Below are positions 17,355 through 29,218 of a DNA stretch of 32,000 nt, piece after piece. A program made the translations under genes and the position numbers. The notes under the pieces were generated by a model. The model searched no databases. It had not been told where the DNA came from and saw nothing but the letters and a program-made list of their open reading frames with translations. The stretch's first letter is position 1. Every line of letters starts with the position of its first letter. Source of the stretch: Pirellula staleyi DSM 6068 (GTDB lineage: Bacteria; Planctomycetota; Planctomycetia; Pirellulales; Pirellulaceae); assembly GCA_000025185.1 (NCBI GenBank), contig CP001848.1, positions 3,810,001 to 3,842,000 of the forward strand, in the 5' to 3' direction.

Positions 17355-19259
17355 TTACTTCGCTTCGGGGATCGCTTGGTTCTCGCTCTTCAGCAGCATC
17401 TGGCGTTGCAATTGCAGCATCAGCATCATCGCTGCTCCACGGTCGTCGCGCCCCTGACTAGCAGGCCGGTGGAAGTAGGCGTCGAGGTTCGGCTGTTTAC
17501 CCGTACCGACACAAACATCCACAAACGAACCGTCGTCGGCCATCCGGCGACTGAGCTGGTCGAGTGCCGCTGTGATATACGAGCGAAATTGCGTTTTTCT
17601 ATCGTCATCTACTAGCTTACTCGAGACCAGGACTCCTGCCGACCAGGCGACCATGGCCGAACTGGTGAACTCGCGATAACTCGATGGCTCGTCGATAAGT
17701 TGCGTCAGCATCCCTGGCGTCGCTGAGGCGAGTGAGCGCTCGGTGAGTTGATCAACAATCGCAATGGCTGCCTCCTGAAAAAACGTCTTCGCCTCACTTC
17801 CCGGAGGTGCAAAGTCGGCTGCCAGTGTTAGTCCAACAGCGGCAAAACCATTGCCCCTTCCCCACGCCCCCTCGCAAAGTGGCGAGTGACGATAGAGACC
17901 ATCTTCACGGAGGCACTTTTTCTGCATCGCTCGGGTGTGAATCAGTGCGGCATCGAGATAGCGAGCCTCCTCTGTGATCGTGTGCATCAGCACCAGCAGA
18001 GGGGACCACATGAAAATCGCATCGCTCATGTCGCCATGATGCGGCGCGATCGGGAGCGGCTTGCCCGATGGATCGAACGCTTGATCAGCTCCCGCATGTA
18101 GCGCTTGGAGATAGAGCTTGCGATCTTTTTCGAGTGCAAATTGCTTGAAGTCGAAAGTAAGTTGGAGGATGCCAAAGAGTAGCAGCCCCGCCACTTCAGG
18201 GCTCGATTTGGGTGGTTTGGCGATCGCTGTTTGAGCAAGGTCGCGAATGTCGTCCATCAATTTTGTGACCGCTTTAACGTCTCCCGACAAAGCAGCGAAA
18301 TTGAGACGACCCAGAAGAATCAGCGACGAGATGTACGACAGAGAGTTCGGTTTCTTGTTGTACGTTTCCGAGAGGATTGTGTTGAGTTTGTTCCAGTCGC
18401 GATCGACCCGTTGAATCAACTCTTCGTGTGCAGGTGAGTTCGGTAGCTTGCCGATCAACTGCGTAAGCTCGAGCAAGATTCCCTTGGCACCTTCGGGAAG
18501 AGCACTCGCGGGACCTGCGATATAGAGCGCGGGAATCGAACCGACCCCGGCCACTTTTTCGGCGCTAATCGCTCGCGAAATCGAACCAAGGGGAAGTTCG
18601 ACATTGAGAGAGGCTTGGCTGAGTTTCAGCATGGCAGCCGCATCGGCACTCGCCCCCAGGTGACGATCTTTCGTGATCGCTAGCTCAATCACGAGGTCGA
18701 ATCCTTCCACTGCCAACCAGTTCCAAAGGTAACGTGCCTGAGGATCGGTGGGATGGTCGTAAAAACCTTTCGTGGGTGGGAAGCGGCTCTCCCCAGCTGG
18801 CGTGTTACCAGTTGCGGCGGGTAGCGCCACGAACTCGATCGTGAGATCGGTTTTGTGGTCGGTGCTCTCGATCCGCTTGACGAGCAGATCCATCACGAGG
18901 GCGATATCTTCACGAAAGATCTGCTCCGTTTTCGCGGGGACAGGGCTAGTCAAAACGATCGCGATGCGCCGCAACTTGGATTGGATTCCCGATGGAGGGG
19001 CACTCCCTCGGAGTAATTCACTCGAGCAGCGCGTCAGCATCACGTCGCTGCCACTCGCGGTGCGACCGATCGGAAAGGTGTCCCCCAGGATTTCATTGAG
19101 CCGATCTTGCGGCAATCGTTTGCGGCTCCCTTGCCGTGGATCGAGAGCGAGTTCCTCCTCTGCCGTGCACGCCGACCAGCCCCATATCGAAGCGGTGGTT
19201 GTTGCCATTGCGATCGATAGTAGCGTACGTCGATCAAATTGGGACACGTGCCGCTGCAT
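17355..19259 (-). CDS. Tat-signal protein with an unknown ~250-aa N-terminal domain and a C-terminal GH88/GH105-like (unsaturated glycuronyl hydrolase family) alpha/alpha-6 barrel
   Basis: The N-terminus MQRHVSQFDRRTLLSIAMATTTASIWG is Tat-like. The C-terminal half matches YteR/UGL-type motifs: DGLYRHSPLCEGAWGRGNGFAAVGL, GMLTQLIDEPSSYREFTSSAMVAW, DGSFVDVCVGTG, RDDRGAAMML. The ATG at 19259 is 5 nt after the upstream stop, with GGAG inside the end of the upstream gene (translational coupling). Confidence 0.8.
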   Translation of the reverse strand: MQRHVSQFDRRTLLSIAMATTTASIWGWSACTAEEELALDPRQGSRKRLPQDRLNEILGDTFPIGRTASGSDVMLTRCSSELLRGSAPPSGIQSKLRRIAIVLTSPVPAKTEQIFREDIALVMDLLVKRIESTDHKTDLTIEFVALPAATGNTPAGESRFPPTKGFYDHPTDPQARYLWNWLAVEGFDLVIELAITKDRHLGASADAAAMLKLSQASLNVELPLGSISRAISAEKVAGVGSIPALYIAGPASALPEGAKGILLELTQLIGKLPNSPAHEELIQRVDRDWNKLNTILSETYNKKPNSLSYISSLILLGRLNFAALSGDVKAVTKLMDDIRDLAQTAIAKPPKSSPEVAGLLLFGILQLTFDFKQFALEKDRKLYLQALHAGADQAFDPSGKPLPIAPHHGDMSDAIFMWSPLLVLMHTITEEARYLDAALIHTRAMQKKCLREDGLYRHSPLCEGAWGRGNGFAAVGLTLAADFAPPGSEAKTFFQEAAIAIVDQLTERSLASATPGMLTQLIDEPSSYREFTSSAMVAWSAGVLVSSKLVDDDRKTQFRSYITAALDQLSRRMADDGSFVDVCVGTGKQPNLDAYFHRPASQGRDDRGAAMMLMLQLQRQMLLKSENQAIPEAK

Positions 19260-19264
19260 GGCGT

Positions 19265-20431
19265 TTACTCCGGCTTTTTGAGCGTCGAGAGATACTCGAC
19301 AACATCCACGAGGTTATCGACCGTCAGCTGCTTCTGCAAATCTTGAGGCATCAGAGAAATGGGGGATTTCTTCATTCCCGTGATGGCGTCGCGCTCGAAC
19401 GTCAGTTGCACCGCCTCAGCTGTTTTGATGACCACTTCGGCGTCGGTTTGGCTCACGATGATGCCACTGACCACCGTTCCATCTTCGGTGAGAAGCGTGT
19501 GGGTTTCGTAGTTGAAGTTCACACCGGCTGAGGGATCGAGGATCGAAACGTACATGGCGTCGCGCGATAGTTTGCTTCCAATTTCCGACAGATCGGGACC
19601 GACCTCTTTCCCTTCCCCTTTCACCTTGTGGCACTTAGCGCAGAGACCAATCCCAGTGAAGACCATGCGACCTTTTTCGGCGTCCCCTTTGCGCTGCACA
19701 AGCTCGGAAACGGGGGGGAGTGGTTTGCTGTCGGCTGTGGCGGGGAGCATCAAATGTTTGCTCGCCGCAGTCTTCACCGATTCATCGGCCGAAGTGAGGA
19801 GCACGTTAGCGGCTGCAAAATTCAGCTCTTTGGCGAGCTTCCCTTGCTCCACCATCGACAGGAGCCATTTCTGACCAGGACCTGTCCGGCCAAGTGCAGC
19901 CACCGCGCTCGAGCGCGCGGCAACCGTTCGCTGACCATCGAGAACAATCGGCTCCAGCAGCGGCTGAGCAGAAGCGTCGGCTGTCATGCCGATTGCGTTA
20001 ATGGCCGCAACATCGGCATTCTTATCGGTATTGGAGAGGAGCGTTTTGAGCTGATCGCTATCGCCGAATTTCAGCAGAAGCTTGGCAGCGGTAACTTTTT
20101 GCGTGTCGTCGGTGGAAGTGGCGATGAGGTTCGCTAGTTCGGGCGAAAGCTCAGTGAGCGAAAACTTTTCCGTGAGCTCGAAAAACTTGGCACTGTCGGT
20201 GGCCATTTGCGAGCGTGCGTAGCGGACGACAAGCCCCTTGAGGTCAGGTTTGTCCGAGAGATCGACGTCGCTGAGTTTCAGTAGGGTTTGAACCTTCAGA
20301 CGATCGCGAATCGACAGCGGTGGATCCTCTGCAAACGCAAGATTGCCCAGGATTAGTCCAGCCAGCAAGCATCCAGCGGAAATCATCAACCAGCCAGAGG
20401 CAAACGGGCGAGCATTTCGCGAACAAAACAT
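19265..20431 (-). CDS. Exported HEAT-repeat protein with a C-terminal PVC-type c-type heme-binding domain
   Basis: The ATG at 20431 (AGGAAG upstream) gives MFCSRNARPFASGWLMISAGCLLAGLILGNLAFA. A HEAT-like helical region follows. The heme motif CAKCH is encoded at 19628-19642, within GRMVFTGIGLCAKCHKVKGEGKEVGPDLSEIG..SILDPSAGV..SLMPQDL..LVDVVEYL, typical of the Pirellula/Verrucomicrobium heme-binding domain. The longer track ORF (to 20770) overlaps the upstream gene. Confidence 0.88.
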   Translation of the reverse strand: MFCSRNARPFASGWLMISAGCLLAGLILGNLAFAEDPPLSIRDRLKVQTLLKLSDVDLSDKPDLKGLVVRYARSQMATDSAKFFELTEKFSLTELSPELANLIATSTDDTQKVTAAKLLLKFGDSDQLKTLLSNTDKNADVAAINAIGMTADASAQPLLEPIVLDGQRTVAARSSAVAALGRTGPGQKWLLSMVEQGKLAKELNFAAANVLLTSADESVKTAASKHLMLPATADSKPLPPVSELVQRKGDAEKGRMVFTGIGLCAKCHKVKGEGKEVGPDLSEIGSKLSRDAMYVSILDPSAGVNFNYETHTLLTEDGTVVSGIIVSQTDAEVVIKTAEAVQLTFERDAITGMKKSPISLMPQDLQKQLTVDNLVDVVEYLSTLKKPE

Positions 20432-20482
20432 CGGCTTCTTCCTAGGGAATCGTCGTACTTTTCGGCGCTTAGCCGGTTTATC

Positions 20483-20525
20483 AAAAAACACACCCACGGC
20501 TGCCGTAGCAAATCCATGGGTGTGT
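20483..20525 (-). terminator. Rho-independent terminator or attenuator between the large fusion gene and the cytochrome gene
   Basis: On the minus strand, ACACACCCAUGG (from 20525-20514) pairs with CCGUGGGUGUGU (from 20499-20488). That is 12 bp including one G-U pair, with a 14-nt loop, followed by UUUUU (20487-20483). It lies 62 nt after the stop at 20587 and about 50 nt before the ATG at 20431. Confidence 0.7.
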
Positions 20526-20586
20526 TGGTTTTCGTATCCTACTGCATGATTGTTGCGACCAGGTGAATTGGCTGCAATTTCACGTG

Positions 20587-24618
<4,032 letters not shown>

Positions 24619-25018
24619 GGAAACAGAACTCCGAAGGTCATGGAGACTACCGACAAGTCGTGGCGGCAACTGCCGCACGCGTACTCGACGTTAGCCAGAG
24701 AGATTGTTGAAAACGGGAGGGGGTGAATCTTGGGCGGGAATTGCCGCTTCGCATGTGTGTACTGATGTTCACATGTTCTGCTGTCAGTAGAACCATGCGA
24801 GCGAGCCGACGCAAACGCTTTCTCGAGTCTTGGCGAAGCTGTTTTCCCAAAGCCTACAATCGATGCTTTAGGAGAAGTTCAGCTTCCGCAAAGGGGATCA
24901 CAGTGGCAACAGAATAGCCTTAAAACGGGTGCCTCGTCAAACAGTAACGCCATTTTAGGGCTGTGAAAGTTCCTTCGATCTTCGAATCGGTATGTCCGAG
25001 ATTTTCGTCACACGCGCA

Positions 25019-26074
25019 CTAGAGGAGCGCTGGAAGCGCGACCCCCAGCTTGTCGGCTGCGGTGGCCAATGCCTTCCAGTTTTCCGGGTCGAACACCAGG
25101 CCTGTCGATTTTCGCGCGGCGTAGAGCTTCCTCTCTGGATCGCCCGGCAGGGTGATTTCGTTACATCCTTCCACGCGCGGCGTCGTACGGATGTAGTCGA
25201 CAAGCTGCGTCACCTCGGCTGCAAAGTGATCGCTTCCGCCAAAGCGAGCGGGATCGACCAGCATCATGAAAACGCAGTTCCCCTTCTTGGGATAGGGAAC
25301 CGGGCGTGCCGTGACTCCCCCCGAGAGTGCGCCGGTCAAGATCTCGATCATCAGCCCAAGTCCGAAACCCTTATACGACTGGGTGCCACCCATCGGCAAA
25401 ATCGAGCCGGGTGGATTGCCGTAAAGTGTGTTTGGATCGGTGGTTGGGTTTCCTTCGTTGTCGAGCAGCCACCCTTCAGGAACTGCTTGGCCGGCGATTT
25501 TCTTCACGCGCACCTTTCCCTCCGCCGTGGCGCTTGTGCTGAAATCGAGCACCAGCGGCGCATCGCCGCAGGGGACCCCTATCGCCAGCGGATTGGTCGA
25601 AAGTCGGGGCGCTTTTCCTCCGGGAGGAGCAACGCGAACGGCGGCACCGTGGCTGTTGACCATCAGGATCGAAACAAGTCCGCGTGCCGCTGCCATTTCG
25701 TTGTACTCGCCGAGTCGGCCGATGTGTCCCGACTGAATCATCGTTCCGACGGCGAGTCCTTCTTGTTGAGCCAGCGGCGCGAGGAGTTCGAAGAGTCGCA
25801 CCGCCTGTACCTGGCCAAAACCCCACTGACCATCGGCCACAACACGGGCTGCCCCTTGGTCGAGGATCTTCAGTTCGGCGGCTGGAACAACTTCGCCCGA
25901 TTGGATGGCATCGAGGTAGTAAGGGATGCGCATCACGCCGTGCGATTCGTAGCCTCGCAGGTTGGCATCGACGAGACTCACCGACGTGATGCGAGCTTCT
26001 TCCGGAGTGGCACCACCAGCAAGAAGCATCGCTTCAGCAAACTTGGTCAGCGAATCGGCGGCAATCGTTGGCAT
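25019..26074 (-). CDS. Ldh_2-family oxidoreductase (malate / L-lactate / sulfolactate / ureidoglycolate dehydrogenase type 2)
   Basis: Family pattern: LVDANLRGYESHGVMRIPYYLDAIQSGEV..GFGQ..SGHIGRLGEY..NSHG..VAPPGG..LSTNPLAIGVP..DFSTSATAEGKV. I prefer the ATG at 26074 (GGAAGGA upstream). The track start at 26092 is a GTG. Confidence 0.9.
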   Translation of the reverse strand: MPTIAADSLTKFAEAMLLAGGATPEEARITSVSLVDANLRGYESHGVMRIPYYLDAIQSGEVVPAAELKILDQGAARVVADGQWGFGQVQAVRLFELLAPLAQQEGLAVGTMIQSGHIGRLGEYNEMAAARGLVSILMVNSHGAAVRVAPPGGKAPRLSTNPLAIGVPCGDAPLVLDFSTSATAEGKVRVKKIAGQAVPEGWLLDNEGNPTTDPNTLYGNPPGSILPMGGTQSYKGFGLGLMIEILTGALSGGVTARPVPYPKKGNCVFMMLVDPARFGGSDHFAAEVTQLVDYIRTTPRVEGCNEITLPGDPERKLYAARKSTGLVFDPENWKALATAADKLGVALPALL

Positions 26075-26298
26075 CGAGAGAGGTCCTTCCACGGTCGAAA
26101 GCGATTCCTGCCAGGGGCGGCAGTTTCGCCAAGATTTTTGGGGAGTAAGGCGAGGCCGAGAATGTACTGCCCGCTCCTACAGCGAGTCAATTTGCTCGGA
26201 GGAAACTTTTGCCCCGTCCGAAGAATGAAGCTGCTGGCTGCAGTCGTGTTTCCTGCGGAGTTTAACGCAGCAGACGCAGCTAAGAAGTGGCACTCGCA

Positions 26299-27255
26299 CT
26301 AAACTCGCTCGGCAACACGCAGCTTTGCGCTGCGGCTGCGAGGGTTCGATGCCAGTTCGTCGTCGAGTGCGGTGAGCGGTTTCTTGGTCAGGTTGTTTAA
26401 GCGCAGATCGCTTCGAAACGCTTCTTTCACCAAGCGATCTTCGAGCGAATGAAAGCTGATAATCGCCAGCCTGCCCCCCGGAGCTAGGCATTCAGGAATC
26501 TTTTCGAGAGCCTTTTTGAGGGCATCGAGCTCGCCATTCACTGCGATCCGAAGTGCTTGAAAAGTGCGGGTGGCTGGGTCGATTTTTCCATCGCCGCGCG
26601 GAACACAGCGACGAACAATCCGCGCGAGTTCGTCGGCGGTACGGATCGGCTTAATGATGCGCTGCTCGCAAATCTTGCGGGCAATGCGTCGGCTGAGTCG
26701 CTCCTCGCCAAACTGGTAGATGATGTTGGCGATCTCTTCCTCGCGCAATTTCTCGAGGAGTTTCCAGGCGGGATCACCGGTCGATGTATCAAATCGCAAG
26801 TCGAGTTCGCCAGTGGCATCGAAGCTAAAACCGCGAGCATCATCGGCCAACTGATCGCTCGAGAGACCCAGATCGAGCACGCAGCCTTGCACCCCTGTGA
26901 CGCCGAGTTCTTCCAGCACACTTGGCAGCTCGCAAAAATTGGCATGCACCAGCTTCACCGGCAAACCTTTGAGGTGCACTTCAGCACGTGCAAGTGCAGC
27001 CTCGTCTCGGTCGCTGGAAAGGACATAGCCGGGAGAAAACTGCGTGTTTCCAGTCGATTTGGCAAGGTTTTCAGCGGCGTCGATCGCTTCGGCTAAGAGG
27101 CGCGTATGGCCACCTGCTCCCAGCGTGCCGTCGAGCAAAATCGATCCCGCCGATGGGCGAAGCCACTCGATGATTTCACGCGGCATCACCGAAACATGGA
27201 TCGGCTGTGTCGTGGCGGGGGAGGCTTGGTCGGTGGGGCTCGAAGAATCGCTCAT
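26299..27255 (-). CDS. rsmH: 16S rRNA (cytosine1402-N4)-methyltransferase RsmH/MraW
   Basis: HVSVMPREIIEWL..ILLDGTLGAGGHTRLL..DLGLSSDQL..RGFSF..DLRFD..ISFHSLEDRLVK..KPLTALDDELASNPRSRSAKLRVAE. The ATG at 27255 gives 318 aa, the normal size. In-frame ATGs at 27339 and 27414 are possible but would add an atypical N-terminus. Confidence 0.92.
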   Translation of the reverse strand: MSDSSSPTDQASPATTQPIHVSVMPREIIEWLRPSAGSILLDGTLGAGGHTRLLAEAIDAAENLAKSTGNTQFSPGYVLSSDRDEAALARAEVHLKGLPVKLVHANFCELPSVLEELGVTGVQGCVLDLGLSSDQLADDARGFSFDATGELDLRFDTSTGDPAWKLLEKLREEEIANIIYQFGEERLSRRIARKICEQRIIKPIRTADELARIVRRCVPRGDGKIDPATRTFQALRIAVNGELDALKKALEKIPECLAPGGRLAIISFHSLEDRLVKEAFRSDLRLNNLTKKPLTALDDELASNPRSRSAKLRVAERV

Positions 27256-27325
27256 AGAGCGAAAGTATAGCAGCAAACGAGCGGCTGTTGACTCTAGCCT
27301 GCATAGCCTTCGCGCTAATTGCCCC

Positions 27326-27347
27326 CGGAGTGCATCCATGCACTCCG
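27326..27347. repeat. Perfect inverted repeat (10-bp arms, 2-nt spacer) upstream of rsmH; candidate operator or 5'-UTR hairpin
   Basis: CGGAGTGCAT-CC-ATGCACTCCG. I verified every pair from 27326/27347 inward to 27335/27338. It lies 71-92 nt upstream of the preferred rsmH start. Confidence 0.5.
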
Positions 27348-27511
27348 AGTGGGGGCCATGAGCGGCAATGGAATGCGATAGCCATTGCGGGCCAATCGCA
27401 GGACCACTGCACATCACCCATCGAGGAATCTTTCCCAGGCGGGTGAAGCCTAATCATCGGCTGCAAATGCGAGAACGGGAAATCTCGCCCATCAGACTGC
27501 CAGACCTGGGG

Positions 27512-27538
27512 TGGCAACGCAGAGCTGGCAACTGGCAA
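27512..27538. repeat. Three direct TGGCAA repeats (TTGCCA on the rsmH strand)
   Basis: TGGCAA occurs at 27512-27517, 27526-27531 and 27533-27538, with start-to-start spacing of 14 and 7 nt. The repeats sit at the boundary between the AT-rich island and the rsmH leader. Confidence 0.4.
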
Positions 27539-27540
27539 AC

Positions 27541-27660
27541 ACGATGAATCGTTACAGCGTTAGCTAATAAAATTCCTTAAAAATTGATTAGCAATTGATG
27601 CGTAGTATTTGAATAAGTAATCAGCAATTACTGATCATTAACAAAAAAGATTGTGGAAAA
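27541..27660. promoter_or_regulatory. AT-rich island (about 28% GC) in the rsmH upstream region; probable promoter or nucleoid-protein binding region
   Basis: I counted 34 G+C in 120 nt, in a window that is otherwise clearly GC-rich. It contains ATTGAT-N5-ATTGAT (27583-27599), two copies of AGCAATT (27590-27596 and 27623-27629) and the inverted repeat ATCAG-caatta-CTGAT (27620-27635). No ORF longer than a few codons is present. Confidence 0.3.
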
Positions 27661-27846
27661 TTACACCGCAAGTATTAAGGAAGTGATGCAGAGTTTTTGG
27701 GTATTACGTAGGTGGCAGGCATGTCACGTGGAGCAGCATAAGGATTCTCAAAATTGCGTCAATGCGCGCGGAAGTGTGCGACATCCGTATCACTGGTGCG
27801 CCGCTTCGCGGTAGGGACTTCGAATGCCGCAGTCGCGTTGCTGTAA

Positions 27847-27862
27847 GGGACACTCATGTCCC
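27847..27862 (-). terminator. Weak hairpin downstream of the GT4 gene
   Basis: GGGACA-CTCA-TGTCCC (6-bp stem, 4-nt loop), 49 nt after the stop at 27911. On the minus strand it is followed only by UUACAGC, so there is no real U-tract. Confidence 0.3.
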
Positions 27863-27910
27863 GCAAACGACAATTTTTTGATGCTTAGGGCGTCTCAGTT
27901 GCCAGCAGTG

Positions 27911-29047
27911 CTATCGCTTGGGTGCTGTGATTTCGCGGTAGATTTGCTCGTACTCGTCCACCATGCGCTCCCACGTAAACCGCTCCCGAGCATGCAGCTG
28001 GTTTGCGGTCCCAATCGCGTTTCGTAGTGGCTCGTCGCTGAGCAGCTTGGTGATTTTGGGAACCATCTCGGCGTGCGACTTCGCGACCTGCTCGCAGCCG
28101 TACGGATGCCCGGTAAAGATCTCGCCGATGCCGTCAGTTTGCGTCGCTACGAGCGCCTTGCCAGCTGCAATTGTTTCGAGCACGACGTTGGGCATCCCTT
28201 CGTAGATCGAAGGGAGGACCAGCATCTCGCTCGCCGCAATCAGCGGAAACGTGTCGGCGCGAAAACCGAGGAAATGAACACGTGCTCCAATGCCAAGTTC
28301 GGCTGCTTGTGCGGCGAGCGCCGCCTGGTCGGGGCCGACTCCCGCCACAAGCCAGTGCAGGTTGCTGTGCTGCGCGAAAACTCCCTGCAAGTGCGGCAAA
28401 AATTGAGCAAATCCCTTTTGTGGTTCGAGGCGACCGATGCTGAGCAAAAAGGGAGCGTCGACTGGTAGTGGGAGCGATGTGCGATCAATCGCCGGAATCG
28501 CTTCTGGAAAATCGACACCATTGAGAATGGTCTGTAGTTTGCGACTCGGGATCCCTGTCTGCTCGGCTAACTGACGCACACTCTCGCTGACGCAGACGAC
28601 ACGCTTGGCAGCGATCGACATCAGCCGATCGATCCGCTGAACAGAAGATCGTGGATCGCTGACACGGATTCCTTGCACAATGTTGGTGATGCCAGCGAGT
28701 CGCGCCCCAATGGTTCCTAAAATCCCGGCGTGATGCAGCAGAGTTTGCACGATGTCGAACCGCTCGGCGATGGCCAGTCGACGAATCGGAACCACCGCAC
28801 CGAGTGCTTTCCAGCCCCGTTTCTGGTCGAGGAAATGAAGCTCGATGCCAGCCTGCTCGAGTTCGAGCACCAAGCTATCGCGCGGCGCCTCGGGGCGCTG
28901 CTTCAGCGAAATAGCGGTGACCTGATGCTCTCGTCGCGAGAGTCCTAAGGCCAGTTTGGTACCCACCTTTTCAGCGCCACCGCGCGACAGTTCGGTAATG
29001 ACGATGGCGATCTTCAGGCGTGGTTCCGCTAGCGGCGTGGTGGTCAT
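27911..29047 (-). CDS. GT4-family (GT-B fold) glycosyltransferase
   Basis: N-terminal LKIAIVITELSRGGAEKV. C-terminal donor-binding region LVLPSIYEGMPNVVLETIAAGKALVAT (E-x7-E). ATG at 29047; the track start at 29050 is a TTG. Confidence 0.9.
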   Translation of the reverse strand: MTTTPLAEPRLKIAIVITELSRGGAEKVGTKLALGLSRREHQVTAISLKQRPEAPRDSLVLELEQAGIELHFLDQKRGWKALGAVVPIRRLAIAERFDIVQTLLHHAGILGTIGARLAGITNIVQGIRVSDPRSSVQRIDRLMSIAAKRVVCVSESVRQLAEQTGIPSRKLQTILNGVDFPEAIPAIDRTSLPLPVDAPFLLSIGRLEPQKGFAQFLPHLQGVFAQHSNLHWLVAGVGPDQAALAAQAAELGIGARVHFLGFRADTFPLIAASEMLVLPSIYEGMPNVVLETIAAGKALVATQTDGIGEIFTGHPYGCEQVAKSHAEMVPKITKLLSDEPLRNAIGTANQLHARERFTWERMVDEYEQIYREITAPKR

Positions 29048-29218
29048 CAATGGCTCAGCGATGGCGTCGGGTTGCTGCTGGGTGGGGGCTTCAGTCCGCT
29101 ACTGGAAAACGATCGTCTGCGCTATACTCACGGAAGTTGTCCCACGATTCAACCACACACACGACAGGGCTCGCGAGGCGAGTTGCCGCTTGTCGTCATG
29201 GGAACGGATGCCGACGGA

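Noticed and set aside
24992-26302. 436-aa plus-strand ORF
   Set aside because: It is antisense to the Ldh_2-family gene, which has strong family motifs. The translation is Arg/Gly/Ser-rich and protein-unlike.
27176-27538. 120-aa minus-strand ORF as a possible mraZ upstream of rsmH
   Set aside because: The translation has no SpoVT/AbrB-type duplicated D-x-K-G-R motif. It overlaps the rsmH N-terminal region in another frame, and the other two frames hit stops within about 30 codons.
27512-27538. Sigma-54 promoter (TGGCA -24 element)
   Set aside because: The required TTGC(-12) element at the fixed spacing (TGGCAC-N5-TTGC) is absent after each TGGCA. There is also no plus-strand gene downstream for it to drive.
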